64,000 nucleotides of DNA, from assembly GCA_004297765.1 (NCBI GenBank), contig SCTZ01000129.1:5113-69112 (forward strand). The letters are read 5' to 3'. The notes beneath the pieces are model-generated. The model had not been told where the DNA came from. It saw only the letters and a list, made by a program, of their open reading frames with translations, and made no database searches. Position 1 is the stretch's first letter. Each line of letters opens with the position of its first letter. Position numbers and translations under genes: made by a program. This DNA is from Chloroflexota bacterium (lineage in GTDB: Bacteria; Chloroflexota; Dehalococcoidia; FW602-bin16). Of the stretch, positions 37,101 to 44,419 are shown piece after piece.

Positions 37101-37309
37101 TCAAGCTGGGCGAGGGCGCGGAGATGCGCGCGGGCATGTCCGTAGTGGTGATCGGCGGACTACTCACGTCGACCCTGCTCACTCTGCTGGTCATTCCCTC
37201 GGTCTATACGGTGGTTGACGATGCCCAGGCACGCCTATTTCGGTGGCTGCGCCGTGGAACCGCCGATAGCGCCACGGCCGGACGCGAGGCGACCGATCTG
37301 GCGCATTGA
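34181..37309 (+). CDS. Efflux RND transporter permease (AcrB/HAE family)
   Basis: 1042 aa. The N-terminus is RISILRPLFITMAVLALVIFGLVSY. The architecture is the classical 12-TM with two large loops. The TM4 region is ALTVGILVDDSIVVLENI and the TM10 region is GLVGKNAILLIDY. Confidence 0.95.
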   Translation: MELTRISILRPLFITMAVLALVIFGLVSYTRLGVDLWPNVSFPAVTVVTVYPGAGPESVEELVTKPIEDALAGVTDLDYLQSSSTEGVSYVAAIFTERANADTAALDVERRVSSIRSTLPQDVRPPSLVKADLQSLPIMNISLSGPLPLEDLFRLADDKIANQLATVRGVASAKVVGGFNDEVVVKIDQSQLRARGLSILQISAALAQENVNLPSGSVEQGGLDYDVRLNAYVQKPEELQNLIVSMSPTGVPIYLRDVASVEVAHKKQTQINRTDGRDSVGLVITKQSGANTIQVADAVKKALKSLEPSFPAGVEAKVATDESIFTRQSLNDLQRNLIEAVVLTALVLLLFLHTWRSTIIVLLSIPTSLISTFAVMNLLGFSLNMMSMMALALTVGILVDDSIVVLENIFRHLHLGETPWTAALNGRNEIGLAAIAITLVDVVVYTPVALMSGVVGQYFRQFGLSVTAATLFSLLISFTLVPMLSSRWLRVTAGNSLLDRFGRVWEAGYDRLIATYRGVLAWALRWRWLVIGAGVAAFVLGLAPIFLQILPTEFMPEADAGEVVVYLEMPPGTTLDGTNQVMRTMEDRVSQWSEVKTVFASVGVSDGMTPDQSRFGRLYLRLVPKNERGVTAQQLAARGRTLGEGIAGAHVRAQVPSFLGMGGQAIMLQIQGPDSDTLTAVSKRVADIMRNTPGTVDVTDSGATGQPELVASVDRQKAADLGLSATQIAATMRASIDGVVATQLRPTGQKSMDIRVISAETDRATVDKVLSIPLVTPRGTLVSLGQVATVKESSGPPEIDRRNRQRLVTVGADVVGRASGDVSRDIETALKQLELPAGYSISYGGMTEAQTESFTQLGQALALSIVLMYMLMVALYESLLYPFVIMLSLPLAIAGAIGGLLVTGNTLNMTSMIGMIMLTGLVGKNAILLIDYTNTLRKGGLGRNEALIEAGSTRLRPILMTTAALVVAMFPLALKLGEGAEMRAGMSVVVIGGLLTSTLLTLLVIPSVYTVVDDAQARLFRWLRRGTADSATAGREATDLAH

Positions 37310-37318
37310 GGTGTCAAT

Positions 37319-37601
37319 GGCGAGGGTGAGGACGCGCCAATCCCCTCTCCCTTTGCGAAGGGAGAGACCCACCGTTCCCTTTCCCTTTCACAAAGGCTGA
37401 AGCACGGTTCCCTCTCCTTTCCGCAGCAGGGAGAGGGCGAGGGTGAGGGTCCGGCCCCTGACGCCGATGGACCACCGGCCGAGACCGATGCTGACGTGCG
37501 GATCAGATCCCTGGGTGGGATCTGTGGTGGAGGCGTCGCTTCTCATAGGCAGCGGCCGGTGGACCCTCACCCTAGCCCTCTCCCTTTGCGAAGGGCGAGG
37601 G
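37319..37601. repeat. Cluster of three related GC-rich hairpin repeats (GACCCTCACCCT.GCCCTCTCCC-loop-GGGAGAGGG family), two in inverted orientation
   Basis: Copy 1 is 37319-37366 (CTCTCCCTTTGCGAAGGGAGAG hairpin). Copy 2 is 37410-37451 (...GGGAGAGGGCGAGGGTGAGGGTC). Copy 3 is 37562-37601 (GACCCTCACCCTAGCCCTCTCCCTTTGCGAAGGGCGAGGG). Copies 2 and 3 form a 23-bp inverted repeat with one mismatch, flanking about 110 bp. Confidence 0.7.
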
Positions 37602-37806
37602 AATAGTGGGCTAACTATCTCTACGTCATCAACTCCAGAACCTGCCCGGTCCCGCGGGGAATGCGGGGCTCCATGTCGCGGCTGGCTTGTCTGAACTGTA
37701 TTGGGCGTACTCGCCCGCGCCCACTCCATGATTCACCTCCCGTTGGTTTGCGTTGGCCAGGGTGTGCTACAATTCACGTTGACACAACCGCGCTAAAGGA
37801 AGGCTC

Positions 37807-39876
37807 ATGTCCCGAGGCGAGTTGCCAGGAGTTTCTGGACCTCCAACGGAGGAATGCTCCAACCCCATCGAGAGATTGGCCGCATGCCGTCCCATGCTGG
37901 ACGCCATTGACGAGGAGATCCTCGTCATCGACAGGTCCCACAGGGTACTGCTGGCCAATCGTCGTTTTCTCAGTGCGAGCGGCTGGACGGACGACCAGGT
38001 TGTCGGACGCCCCTGCTATGAGGTCTCCCATGCCCGCCAGACACTCTGCGAGCATCCCGATCATCACTGTCCACTGAACGCCGTTTGGAGCTCGGGGAAG
38101 CCGACGCGCACCCTGCACATCCATTCGGGCAAGGACGGACGGGAGAGCTACGTCGATATCGTGGCCTCCCCGATCCTGGACGCCCGCGGGGAGATGGTGG
38201 CGGTCATCGAGTCGATGCGTGACGTCACGGCCGAGAAGCGCCGCGAGCACAGTTTGGCCTTCCTGGCCGAGCTGGCCAACGCGGTCAACTCGTCGCTCGA
38301 GCCCCAGGAGGTTGTGCGCTTCTCCCTGGATCGACTGGAGAAGATCGAGAGAGCTAGCTTCCTGCTCATGTGCACTGTGGACCCAGAGCAAGAGGTCCTG
38401 ACCGCGATAGGACACCGCGGCGCAGGGATCGATGAGCTGCAGTGCTCCAACTTATGGCCACGTATACCCCTGTGTGATCTTCCGGTCGCGGCCGCGGCCA
38501 TGTGTACGGGACTGATCCGGATGGCACAGAGCGCGGACAAGCAGAAGGATAGCATGTCAGCCGATTGCGCGGAGATAGCCAAACTCATTGGGCATCAAGC
38601 CATCGTGGCTGTCCCGTTGATAACGCGCAATAGGCGCGTGGGGTTGCTGCTGCTGGGATTCCAGGAGCCGCGTGGGCTTGATGAGGATGAGCAGCGCTTC
38701 CTGCGTGCTGCCGCCGATCAGGTAGCCATCGCCCTCCACAATGCCCACCTGCACCGGCAAGCCCAGCAACAAGCGACCGAGGTGGAAGAGGCACGCCGCT
38801 GGCTGCATACTGTCATCTCCAGCATGGCAGACGGTGTCTTCATCGCCGACGCGGACGGCAACGTCGTGGAGACCAACAACACCGCCCTGCAGATCATGGG
38901 CATGACGGACCCCGAGCAAGCCCTCCGCCCAGCCGACGATTACCCCTCTCTCCTGCAGTTACGCTGGGCCGATGATCGCCCGCTCGAGCCCAGAGAATCG
39001 CCCATGGCCAGGTCACTGGCCGGCGAGGTCTTCATGAACGCCGAGCTTCGCATGCGCAGGCTCGACACGCGGCGGGAGCGATGGGTCCGCGTCAGCGGGG
39101 CCCCCATCCTGGACGGACAGGGGCAGGTGATCGGAGCCGTCAACGTCGCCGACGACGTCACGGAGATCAAGCAGGTCGAGTTACTGCGCGCAGAGTACGT
39201 TTCGCTGATCTCGCACGATCTGCGCACGCCACTGACCGTCATCATGGGACAGGCCGACCTCCTGCGCCGTCTGCTCAGACGCGGGCAAACCGAGACGATG
39301 GAACGCGGACTGGAGTCGATCTTCTCCAACAGCAAGCGCATGAACGGCATGATTCAAGACCTGGTGGACTCTGTCCGACTGGAAAGCGGGCAGCTTCAGT
39401 TGCGCACGCAGATGACCTGGCTGCCACAACTGGTCGAGACCGTTGTCGACAACCTGCCGGACGCAGAGGATCGTGTTCGGGTGGAAGTCGAGCCGGATCT
39501 CTCCGTGATTCACGCCGATCCCGACAGGCTGCATCGGGTACTGGCCAACCTGATCAGCAATGCTTTGAAGTACTCGGACGACCACATCATGGTACGCATC
39601 TCCCGCCAGGGAGACCAGATCACTGTGGCGGTGATGGACCGCGGGATCGGAATACAGACAAAGGATCAGCCTCACATCTTCGAGCGATTCTATCGTTCGG
39701 ACGATCAGAGTCAGACCGAGGGCTTGGGTCTGGGCCTCTACATTTCGAAGATGTTGGCCGAAGCGCATGGCGGCACGATCTGCCTTGAAAGCAAACCGGG
39801 GGTCGGCAGCACTTTCACGCTCGCGCTGCCCATCAGGCAGCGGGCGCCGGATGAGGAACAAGCGCCCGCGCACTAA
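37807..39876 (+). CDS. Sensor histidine kinase, cytoplasmic PAS-GAF-PAS-HisKA-HATPase_c
   Basis: 689 aa with no TM segment. It has PAS (ILVIDRSHRVLLANRRFLSASGW...RPCYE), a GAF-like middle and a second PAS (DGVFIADADGNVVETN). The H-box is EYVSLISHDLRTPLT, the N-box NLISNALKY and the G-boxes DRGIGI and GLGLGLYISK. No response regulator is adjacent. Confidence 0.9.
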   Translation: MSRGELPGVSGPPTEECSNPIERLAACRPMLDAIDEEILVIDRSHRVLLANRRFLSASGWTDDQVVGRPCYEVSHARQTLCEHPDHHCPLNAVWSSGKPTRTLHIHSGKDGRESYVDIVASPILDARGEMVAVIESMRDVTAEKRREHSLAFLAELANAVNSSLEPQEVVRFSLDRLEKIERASFLLMCTVDPEQEVLTAIGHRGAGIDELQCSNLWPRIPLCDLPVAAAAMCTGLIRMAQSADKQKDSMSADCAEIAKLIGHQAIVAVPLITRNRRVGLLLLGFQEPRGLDEDEQRFLRAAADQVAIALHNAHLHRQAQQQATEVEEARRWLHTVISSMADGVFIADADGNVVETNNTALQIMGMTDPEQALRPADDYPSLLQLRWADDRPLEPRESPMARSLAGEVFMNAELRMRRLDTRRERWVRVSGAPILDGQGQVIGAVNVADDVTEIKQVELLRAEYVSLISHDLRTPLTVIMGQADLLRRLLRRGQTETMERGLESIFSNSKRMNGMIQDLVDSVRLESGQLQLRTQMTWLPQLVETVVDNLPDAEDRVRVEVEPDLSVIHADPDRLHRVLANLISNALKYSDDHIMVRISRQGDQITVAVMDRGIGIQTKDQPHIFERFYRSDDQSQTEGLGLGLYISKMLAEAHGGTICLESKPGVGSTFTLALPIRQRAPDEEQAPAH

Positions 39877-39887
39877 TCTTGATCCGC

Positions 39888-40056
39888 GTAAGGGCGCGAT
39901 TCATCGCGCCCGAACGGCCGTACCCATATGCACACGCAGGTTTCAGGTTCGCGACCCCGGGCGTCATGAGAGTGTTCAACAGAAACGTGGTACATGGGCG
40001 GGCGCTGTCCCCGCCACCCCCCTGGGCGTCATGAATGCCGCCCCTACGGGAGACGA
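39888..40056. repeat. Short GC-rich hairpin repeats (GGGCG..ATKMAT..CGCCC type)
   Basis: GGGCGCGATTCATCGCGCCC lies at 39892-39911. A related CCTGGGCGTCATGAATGCCGCCCCTACGGG lies at about 40021-40050, and a partial CCGGGCGTCATGA at about 39957-39969. Confidence 0.5.
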
Positions 40057-40133
40057 TTATTGGCCGGTGCTGAGGTTATTTGTCGAGTTATGGTAGACTC
40101 GTCGCATTCGATGGCACCAGCGGGTGCCCGTTA

Positions 40134-40142
40134 TGGTATAAT
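40134..40142 (+). promoter_or_regulatory. Extended -10 promoter element TGGTATAAT, candidate ppdK promoter
   Basis: TGnTATAAT read directly. It would give a leader of about 185 nt before the ppdK ATG. No clear -35 box. Confidence 0.4.
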
Positions 40143-40329
40143 AGAACAGTTTTGCTTGAAAGCAAGGACCGAAAAACTGCGTCATCACAGTTCGCGTATT
40201 CTTCTTCTGCGCCTCCCAGGATTCATCCGGTCTGATCCTCGACCGAGATGCAGCTTATTGCTCTCACGTTCCCCTGGAAGGTGCAAGCCCCAATCCAAAC
40301 ATCGCTAGTACGTCAGAAGGAGGTTGTCT

Positions 40330-43149
40330 ATGGCCACGACGACGGGGGCCAAGAAGTGGGTCTTCCTGTTTCCCGAGGGCAACGCGCAGATGCGCGACAC
40401 CCTCGGCGGCAAGGGCGCAGGCCTATCCGAGATGACCAACGCCGGTCTTCCGGTCCCCCCGGGATTCACCATCACCACCGACGCGTGTCGAGCGTTTTAC
40501 ACCGAGGGTCGTCAATTCCCACCCGGCATGTGGCAGCAAGTTCTGGACGCCATGCAGGTCGTGGAGAAGGAGACCGGCAAGAAATTCGGTGATCCGGCCA
40601 ATCCGCTGCTGGTCTCGGTGCGATCCGGAGCCAAGTTCAGCATGCCCGGCATGATGGATACGGTGCTCAACCTGGGTCTCAACGCGGAGACCTTGCACGG
40701 GTTGATCAAGCTCACCGGAAACGACCGCTTCGCCTATGATGCTTACCGTCGCTTCATTCAGATGTTCGGCAAGATCGTGTTGGACATCGAGGGAAGCAAA
40801 TTCGAGAAGATATTCGACAGCTACAAAGAGCGTGTCGGCGCCAAGTACGACACGGACCTGACGGCCGACGACCTGAAGAAGATCGAGGTCGAGTACAAAG
40901 AGCTGGTCCGCCGCGAGACGGGCCGCGAGTTCCCCGAGGATCCCTACGAGCAGCTCCGCCTGTCCATTCAGGCCGTGTTTGCGAGCTGGATGAACAAGCG
41001 GGCCATGGACTATCGCAATTTCCACAAGATCCCGCATGACCTGGGCACAGCCGTGAATATCGTGACCATGGTCTTCGGCAACATGGGCACGGACAGCGGT
41101 ACCGGCGTGGCTTTCACGCGCGACCCGGCCACGGGCGAGGACAAGCTCTACGGCGAGTACCTGGTGAACGCCCAGGGCGAGGACGTGGTGGCGGGCATTC
41201 GCACCCCGCAGAAGATCGCTACTATGGGCAACGAGATGCCCGGCCTCTACAAGGAGCTCGAGCAGATCGCGGAGAAGCTGGAACGTCACTACCGTGACGC
41301 GCAGGACATGGAGTTCACTATCGAGCGCGGCAAGCTCTACATGCTCCAGACGCGCTCGGCCAAGCGCACCGCGCAGGCGGCCGTCAAGATCGCCGTCGAC
41401 ATGGTGCGTCAGGGACTCATCTCGAAGGAAGAGGCGCTCCAGCGCGTGGAGCCCAACCAGATCTATCAGCTCCTGCTGCCGCGCTTCGATCCGGCGGCCA
41501 AGACTCGCGCCGAGAAGGAAGGTCGATTGGTGGCCAAGGGTCTCAACGCCTCGCCCGGCGCAGCCATGGGCAAAGCCATCTTCGACGCTGACAAAGCTGA
41601 GGAGCTGGGCAATGCGGGGCAGGCCGTGATCCTGACGCGGCCGGAGACCAACCCGGATGACGTCCACGGCATGCTGGTGGCCCGCGGCATCCTGACGGCG
41701 CGCGGAGGCGCCACCAGCCACGCAGCGGTAGTGGCCCGCGGCCTCGGCAAGCCATGCGTGGCGGGCTGCGAGGCCCTCAAAGTCGACATGGAGCGTCGCC
41801 AGTTCACCGTGGACGGCGTGACCGTCCGCGAAGGGGACGAGATCAGCATCGACGGCAGTACCGGCGAAGTCTTCGTCGGCGCCATCCCCACCATCGAGCC
41901 CAACCTGGCGGAGGAGAAGGACCTGTCTCAACTGTTGGAATGGGCCAACGAGGTGAAGAGGCTGGGTGTCTGGGCCAACGCCGACTACCCGCGCGACGCG
42001 CAGAACGCGGTCAACTTCGGCGCCGAGGGCATCGGGCTGTGCCGCACCGAGCACATGTTCTTCGAGGAAGACCGACTGCCGGTCGTACGCCAGATGATCC
42101 TGGCCGCTTCTGAGGCCACCATCCTGGAGGAGCAACTGGCCCGGGTTCAGGAGGAGTACGACAAGGCCTCTCCAGACAGCCGCGCGGCCATCGACAAGCG
42201 ACTGGCCGAGGCACGCGGCAAGGTGGAAGGCTCCGAGTCCGTCCGACGCTACCGCGAAGCCTTGAACACCCTGGAGCAGACCCAGAAGAGTGACTTCAAG
42301 GGCATCTTCAAGGTGATGGCCGGGCGACCGGTAGTCATTCGATTGCTGGATCCCCCGCTGCACGAGTTCCTGCCCAGCTATGAGGAGCTGCTGGTGGAGA
42401 CTACCGAGCTCCGTATGCAGGGCAAGACCAAAGAGCTAGCTGAGAAGGAGCCGCTGCTCCGCGCCGTAGCGACCATGCGTGAGGCAAATCCAATGCTCGG
42501 TCTGCGTGGCTGCCGCCTGGGCATCATGTTCCCGGCTATTTACGAGATGCAGGTACGCGCCATCCTAACGGCCGCGGGAGAGCTCGAGGCCGAAGGGGTT
42601 CCCGTGCATCCGGAGATCATGATTCCGCTGGTCGGGCACATCAACGAGCTGAACATCGTGCGCGACTCCACCCAGAAGGCGGCCGCGGCGGTCACCGAAA
42701 AGCTGGGGCGCACGGTGAGCTATAAGTTCGGGACGATGATCGAGATCCCGCGGGCCGCACTGACGGCCGACCAGATCGCCGAGACGGCCGAGTTCTTCAG
42801 CTTCGGCACCAACGACCTGACCCAGACCGTCTTCGGCTTCAGCCGCGACGACGCGGAGGGCAAGTTCCTGCTCCAGTACGTGGAGCGGGGCATCCTGCCC
42901 GAGAACCCGTTCCAGGTACTGGACCGGGGAGGTGTGGGCAAGCTGCTGCGGATGGGCGTCGAGGCCGGGCGCAAGACGCGCCCCGACCTCAAGGTCGGCA
43001 TCTGCGGCGAGCACGGCGGTGAACCCAGCAGCGTCGAGTTCTGCCACCAGGCCGGACTCAACTACGTCAGTTGCTCGCCGTTCCGCGTCCCCATCGCCCG
43101 CCTAGCCGCCGCTCAAGCCGCGCTGGCCCAGGTGGAACGCGACAGATAG
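40330..43149 (+). CDS. ppdK: Pyruvate, phosphate dikinase
   Basis: The ATG at 40330 lies 7 nt after AGAAGGAGG. The ATP-grasp domain carries LGGKGAGLSEMTNAGLPVPPGFTITT. The phospho-His domain is GGATSHAAVVARGLGKPCV. The PEP/pyruvate domain has GLCRTEHMFF and the catalytic Cys GICGEHGG. Confidence 0.95.
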   Translation: MATTTGAKKWVFLFPEGNAQMRDTLGGKGAGLSEMTNAGLPVPPGFTITTDACRAFYTEGRQFPPGMWQQVLDAMQVVEKETGKKFGDPANPLLVSVRSGAKFSMPGMMDTVLNLGLNAETLHGLIKLTGNDRFAYDAYRRFIQMFGKIVLDIEGSKFEKIFDSYKERVGAKYDTDLTADDLKKIEVEYKELVRRETGREFPEDPYEQLRLSIQAVFASWMNKRAMDYRNFHKIPHDLGTAVNIVTMVFGNMGTDSGTGVAFTRDPATGEDKLYGEYLVNAQGEDVVAGIRTPQKIATMGNEMPGLYKELEQIAEKLERHYRDAQDMEFTIERGKLYMLQTRSAKRTAQAAVKIAVDMVRQGLISKEEALQRVEPNQIYQLLLPRFDPAAKTRAEKEGRLVAKGLNASPGAAMGKAIFDADKAEELGNAGQAVILTRPETNPDDVHGMLVARGILTARGGATSHAAVVARGLGKPCVAGCEALKVDMERRQFTVDGVTVREGDEISIDGSTGEVFVGAIPTIEPNLAEEKDLSQLLEWANEVKRLGVWANADYPRDAQNAVNFGAEGIGLCRTEHMFFEEDRLPVVRQMILAASEATILEEQLARVQEEYDKASPDSRAAIDKRLAEARGKVEGSESVRRYREALNTLEQTQKSDFKGIFKVMAGRPVVIRLLDPPLHEFLPSYEELLVETTELRMQGKTKELAEKEPLLRAVATMREANPMLGLRGCRLGIMFPAIYEMQVRAILTAAGELEAEGVPVHPEIMIPLVGHINELNIVRDSTQKAAAAVTEKLGRTVSYKFGTMIEIPRAALTADQIAETAEFFSFGTNDLTQTVFGFSRDDAEGKFLLQYVERGILPENPFQVLDRGGVGKLLRMGVEAGRKTRPDLKVGICGEHGGEPSSVEFCHQAGLNYVSCSPFRVPIARLAAAQAALAQVERDR

Positions 43150-43157
43150 TTTTGTAA

Positions 43158-43183
43158 GGGGAGGCCCGCCAGGCGGGCCTCCC
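43158..43183 (+). terminator. GC-rich hairpin after ppdK (GGGAGGCCCGCC/GGCGGGCCTCCC)
   Basis: A perfect inverted repeat lies 9 nt after the ppdK stop. No clear U-tract follows (TAGTTGAG), so intrinsic-terminator function is uncertain. Confidence 0.5.
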
Positions 43184-43215
43184 TAGTTGAGATGTGGTCA
43201 CAAATCGTGGTCGGG

Positions 43216-43250
43216 CCTGGGAGCGCGGGCGTCTCGCCCGCGCTCCCAGG
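43216..43250. repeat. Palindromic repeat CCTGGGAGCGCGGGC-GTCTC-GCCCGCGCTCCCAGG (family also at 58483-58528 and 62261-62294, with a half copy at 40209-40228)
   Basis: A perfect 15-bp stem read directly. The other copies share the arms CTGGGAGCGC..GGCG / CGCC..GCGCTCCCAG. Confidence 0.8.
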
Positions 43251-43375
43251 ATTCATCCCCGCACCTACGATCACGTCTCACTCAAATACGCATTCCATTA
43301 GATCCATTGATCACAGAATAATGGTTCCTGGTCCCATCCTCCGCACTCGTATCGTTGGCGAAGGAAGCGTCCCGT

Positions 43376-44419
43376 ATGGCTCTATCCGATATACGTCTGC
43401 ATTCCGAAGAGAACGAAGAGCAACTGGCCCCCTTCGCGGCGCGCAGTCGTCTCTCGCGCGGTCGGGAACGACCGGAAGAGCCCTGCCCGGTGCGCACAGC
43501 GTACCAGCGGGACCGGGACCGGATCCTCTACTCCAAGGCCTTCCGCCGTCTGAAGCACAAGACCCAGGTTTTCATTGCTCCGCAGGGCGATCACTACATC
43601 ACACGCCTCACGCATACGCTGGAGGTAGCGCAACTGGCCAGGACCATCGCGCGCGCCCTCCGGCTGAACGAAGATCTAACCGAGGCGATCTCTCTTGGGC
43701 ACGACCTGGGACACACGCCCTTCGGCCACGCCGGAGAGGAGGCCCTAAATGCCGTCTGCCCCAGCGGCTTCCGCCACCAGGAGCAGAGCCTGCGCGTAGT
43801 AGACCATCTGGAGAAGGACGGCCGTGGACTCAACCTGACCTGGGAGGTTCGCGAGGGCATCCTAAAGCATTCGAAGCCCCGCGTCAGCATTATGGCCCAT
43901 TTCGCCGGCCCGCCCAGCACCCTGGAGGCGCAGGTGTGCCGGCTGGCCGACTCGATCGCGTACATCAACCACGACGTGCCGGATGCCATACGGGCCGGCA
44001 TCATCGCCGAGGAGGATCTGCCGCCGCGCGCAGTTCAGACGCTGGGACACACGCCCCGGGAGCGCATCAACACCCTGGTCTGCGATGTGATCGCATACTC
44101 GCTACCCAGCCTTGAGCCCGGCAGCCAACAACCGCGCATCGAGATGAGCCCGCAGGTTCTCGAAGCGGCTAACCTGTTGCGCGAGTTTCTTTTCCAGCGC
44201 GTCTACACCAGCGAGGCCATGCGCAAGGAGAGCGACGAGGCCCGCAAGCTCATCGCTGGCCTGTACGAGCATTTCCTGGCCCATCCGGAAGAGTTACCAC
44301 CAGAGCTGCTCCGCGCCGGCGAAGTCGAGCGCGCCGTCGTCGATCACATCGCGGGCATGACCGATCGCTACGCTCTGGAGACGGCGCGGGAGCGGGGGCT
44401 GGGAGCAACACCGCCATGA
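43376..44419 (+). CDS. dgt: dGTP triphosphohydrolase-like HD-domain protein
   Basis: FQRDRDRILYSKAFRRLKHKTQVF and ...DHYITRLTHTLEVAQLAR...LGHDLGHTPFGHAGE are canonical Dgt-family motifs. The start is either the ATG at 43376 or the TTG at 43355. Confidence 0.85.
   Translation: MALSDIRLHSEENEEQLAPFAARSRLSRGRERPEEPCPVRTAYQRDRDRILYSKAFRRLKHKTQVFIAPQGDHYITRLTHTLEVAQLARTIARALRLNEDLTEAISLGHDLGHTPFGHAGEEALNAVCPSGFRHQEQSLRVVDHLEKDGRGLNLTWEVREGILKHSKPRVSIMAHFAGPPSTLEAQVCRLADSIAYINHDVPDAIRAGIIAEEDLPPRAVQTLGHTPRERINTLVCDVIAYSLPSLEPGSQQPRIEMSPQVLEAANLLREFLFQRVYTSEAMRKESDEARKLIAGLYEHFLAHPEELPPELLRAGEVERAVVDHIAGMTDRYALETARERGLGATPP

Noticed and set aside
37319-40056. The possibility that the clustered hairpin repeats form a CRISPR array.
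   Set aside because: The copies differ in orientation and sequence, spacing is irregular (about 45 to 150 bp), there are only 2-3 copies, and no cas genes are present. They behave like REP/MITE elements.
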